A DNA stretch of 64,000 nt from an uncultured delta proteobacterium (GTDB lineage Bacteria; Myxococcota_A; Polyangia; Fen-1088). The stretch spans positions 292,600 through 356,599 of the forward strand of contig CAVTRY010000021.1 of the NCBI GenBank assembly GCA_963737265.1, written 5' to 3'. Positions within the stretch are counted from its first letter, which is position 1; the number at the start of each line of letters is the position of its first letter. Shown piece after piece: positions 61,528 through 64,000 of the stretch. The notes under the pieces are model-generated. The model saw only the letters and a list, made by a program, of their open reading frames with translations, had not been told where the DNA came from and ran no database searches. The position numbers and the translations under genes are program-made.

Positions 61528-63025
61528 TCGTCAGCCCAATCTGTCCCAAGAGCACGGGAAGTCGCCCAGGCGCGACTTCCCGTGCCCTTTCCATTTCGGC
61601 CTCTTAAACCGCGATGGCCCGCCCACCATCGCTGCTCCGCCGCCCGCCCGAATTTCGGCACCAAGCCGCCATCCCCATTTTCGGGACCACCGGCGATGAA
61701 GCAGCTCGCCCAGACCACCGTCTTGGGTCGATTCGCCACGCAATACATTCGCACCAACGCAACCACGACCATCATCGTGGATCCTGCCGGCCAAACTCAG
61801 CGTCTGCATCTCGCGGGACCTGGACTCATCGAACGCTCGTGTTCAAACGACGTCGAAGAATTGAGCCATTATGACCGGACCGGTCGCTGCCTTTTGAAGG
61901 CTGCCGAAGGTGGAAGGCTGATAAAGGGCTGGGCACGCAGGTTTGAGTACTCGGGCGAAGGAGACCTGGTTCGGCGCGACGACACATTGCGTGGCACAGT
62001 CAGCTTCGACCACGACGATTCCCATCGCCTTTCGAAGGTACGCTTCGAGACCGGCGTCGCCCAAGAATACGCGTATGACCGTGCGGGCAATTTGCTCCGG
62101 GCACCCGGCCTCGTCGCTAAAACCCAAGCCGGTAATCGCCTGCTCGATGCCAACGAGGATCGTTTCACTTATAACCATCGCGACCACGTGGCGAGTCGCG
62201 AGGGCCGGACCGGAAAGGTCACGTACACCTATGATTCGCGCGATCTGCTCATCGGCATCGAAGGACCAAACCTGTCCTACCAAGCGGTTCACGACGGCAT
62301 TGGCCGGCGTACGCAAAAGACCGTCAACGGGCAGACCTGGCACTACTATTGGGATGACGACCGTCTAATTGCGGAGATCTTCCCAGACGGCCGCTTGCGC
62401 GTGTACGTCTATCCTGACGCCTTCGCTCTGGTGCCGATTCTCTTCCTAGACTACGAGAATGTCGACGCCGACCCGACCACCGGAAGACGTTACCACGTCT
62501 ACACCGACCACCTTGGCTGCCCCGAGCTAGTTCTCGATGACGCCGGCCACACAGCGTGGCGTGCGCGCATCGATCCGTACGGCACGGCCCACGTCGACGT
62601 CGGCCACGACTTCCATCAACCCCTGCGCTGGCCCGGCCATTACTTCGACGCCGAGACTGGTCTTCACGAGAACCGATTCCGCACCTACAGCCCCGAGCTC
62701 GGCAGATATCTGCAAAGCGATCCCGAGGGGACCGCGGGCGGGCTCAATCTCTACGCGTACAACGACAACCCCTTGCGAAGCGTCGACCTTCGCGGGCTCA
62801 AATGAAGTGGACCCCTTTGGTAGGACCAGAAATGGCCCGAGCTAAGAGAGAGTCCGCGTGGGTTTGTTTGTAGATCCGGGTGAGCCTCGCCGGCAAGGAA
62901 ATTGTTGAGAGCGGAGGCATGCTGATGGCTGCTGTCCACGGATGCAATGCGCGCACGGCCCCACAGAAGCAGGTGAACGCGTTGCAGTTGTGGGCAGCGT
63001 GCCATCAGCATGATGCAGCGGCGAT

Positions 63026-63862
63026 TTAGGCGGCCTCTTTCATCGCCGACTTCTTTAGTTCGAATTCGTAAAACGCTACGGGTGTCTGAAATCCAAGGGT
63101 TTGGTGAGGCCGCCTGTGGTTGTACTTGTCCAGGTAGATCGCGATGCCACTGCGGGCGTCGGCCACGTCTCGGTAGTCGTTCAAGTAGACCTCCTCGCAT
63201 TTGACAGACCGCCATAGACGCTCGACGAAGATGTTGTCCATGAATCGGCCGCGACCGTCCATGCTGACCTTTACGCCCTTGTCCAGCAAAACCGATGTGA
63301 AGTTGTCGTCGGTAAACTGCGACCCCTGGTCGGTGTTGAAGATCTCCTGCAAGCCGAAGTTCGCAAAAGCTTCTTCCACGACCTCAATGCAAAAACGGCT
63401 GTCCATCGTGTTTGAAATGCGCCAGGACAGAACCCGGCGCGTGTACCAATCCATCACGGCGACCAGGTAGCAATGCCCCTGTCTCGTCGGGATGTACGTG
63501 ATATCCGAGGCCCACACCTGATTGGGCCGAATGATCGCGAGATGGCGCAGCAAGTACGGGAATTTCGTATGTTCCGGCGCGGGCACGGTCGTCCGTGGTT
63601 TGGGCGCCAGCGCTTCGATGCCCATGATTCGCATCAGTCTCTGCACCCGTTTGCGATTCACCGTCTGCCCCTGTGCCTTTAGCAACCGTGACAGCTTCCG
63701 GCTGCCGAATGCTGGCAATTCGAGATGCAGCTTGTCCAGCTCCTTGCAGATGGCCAGATCTTCCTCTGCGATCGGCATCGGCTCCCAGTAGATGCCCGAT
63801 CTCGCAAGATTCAGCAGCTCGCACTGCCGACGGACAGATAGGTCGTTGTGGGGCTCGATCAT
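63026..63862 (-). CDS. IS3-family transposase OrfB (DDE)
   Basis: RPNQVWASDITY, IFNTDQGSQF, DNIFVERLWRSVK, YNHRRPHQTLG. Confidence 0.93.
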   Translation of the reverse strand: MIEPHNDLSVRRQCELLNLARSGIYWEPMPIAEEDLAICKELDKLHLELPAFGSRKLSRLLKAQGQTVNRKRVQRLMRIMGIEALAPKPRTTVPAPEHTKFPYLLRHLAIIRPNQVWASDITYIPTRQGHCYLVAVMDWYTRRVLSWRISNTMDSRFCIEVVEEAFANFGLQEIFNTDQGSQFTDDNFTSVLLDKGVKVSMDGRGRFMDNIFVERLWRSVKCEEVYLNDYRDVADARSGIAIYLDKYNHRRPHQTLGFQTPVAFYEFELKKSAMKEAA

Positions 63863-63876
63863 GGCGCGCTTCTCCG

Positions 63877-64000
63877 TCAGCGAATGCGCGCGAGCCCGCG
63901 TGCTAAAAAATCATTCTCCAGCGTCAGCTGCCCCACCTTGCGCAGCAATTCCGATTCGCGTTCGGCGTTCGCCGATTCCTCTGCATTTGCATGGCCTGGT
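63877..64000 (-). CDS. IS3 OrfA C-terminal part (partial)
   Basis: ...ELLRKVGQLTLENDFLARGLARIR*. Confidence 0.8.
   Translation of the reverse strand, partial: PGHANAEESANAERESELLRKVGQLTLENDFLARGLARIR
63904..63910 (-). other. Programmed -1 frameshift slippery heptamer T TTT TTA joining orfA to orfB
   Basis: The -1 frame reads FFSTRARAHSLTEKRAMIE, open into orfB; standard IS3 expression mechanism. Confidence 0.7.

Larger units (their letters stand above)
57116..61701 (+). mobile_element. IS21-family-like element of 4586 bp with five ORFs (Zn-finger, unknown, ParB-like, istA, istB)
   Basis: 5-bp target duplication CAGCT (57111-57115, 61702-61706); imperfect IR cttcagtgacggtggctccgaaatt / cttcatcgccggtggtcccgaaaat; subterminal repeats. 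Confidence 0.92.
55293..62805 (+). pseudogene. Second full-core Rhs gene, interrupted by the IS21-like element (57116-61701) and separated from its toxin domain by IS3
   Basis: VADQL|AQTTVLGRF rejoins across the element; ends NPLRSVDLRGLK then TGA supplied by the IS3 end. Confidence 0.9.
62803..64000 (-). mobile_element. IS3-family element (partial, continues beyond the window)
   Basis: End TGAAGTGGACCCC at 62803; orfB integrase; orfA tail. Confidence 0.88.

Overview
GC-rich bacterial window. The gene content (Ser/Thr kinase, Cys-rich lipoproteins, PAAR/Rhs type) suggests a myxobacterium-like organism; this taxonomy is an inference. Bases 1-35.2 kb are mostly core chromosome: a kinase/secreted protein/Cys-rich lipoprotein cluster, a ccmF-X-ccmABCD cytochrome c maturation operon, eno, purHDE, gltA, lipB, a porin-like gene and murA. 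Within this part sits a translationally coupled three-gene operon (18.3-22.5 kb) encoding an XPB-like helicase, an 85-aa protein and a ~750-aa helicase-associated protein. By eye its architecture mirrors the XPB-p8-p52 submodule of eukaryotic TFIIH, and it is my best candidate for an undescribed system. Bases 35.4-64 kb are a T6SS effector island: an L,D-transpeptidase-like gene and secreted partner, vgrG, a TPR protein, a split PAAR + Rhs pair with an HExxH toxin, orphan toxin/immunity modules and a second PAAR-Rhs copy. The island is heavily hit by mobile elements. These include a 4586-bp five-ORF IS21-like element (Zn-finger ORF, unknown ORF, ParB-like ORF, istA, istB; CTTCA...TGAAG ends; 5-bp target duplication), a truncated second copy of it cut by an IS66 that itself carries an ISL3, and an IS3 inserted at an Rhs core/toxin junction. 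Six genes carry apparent single-base +1 frameshifts, probably sequencing errors. No CRISPR array, tRNA or rRNA was seen. All homology calls are by-eye motif recognition; no searches were run.
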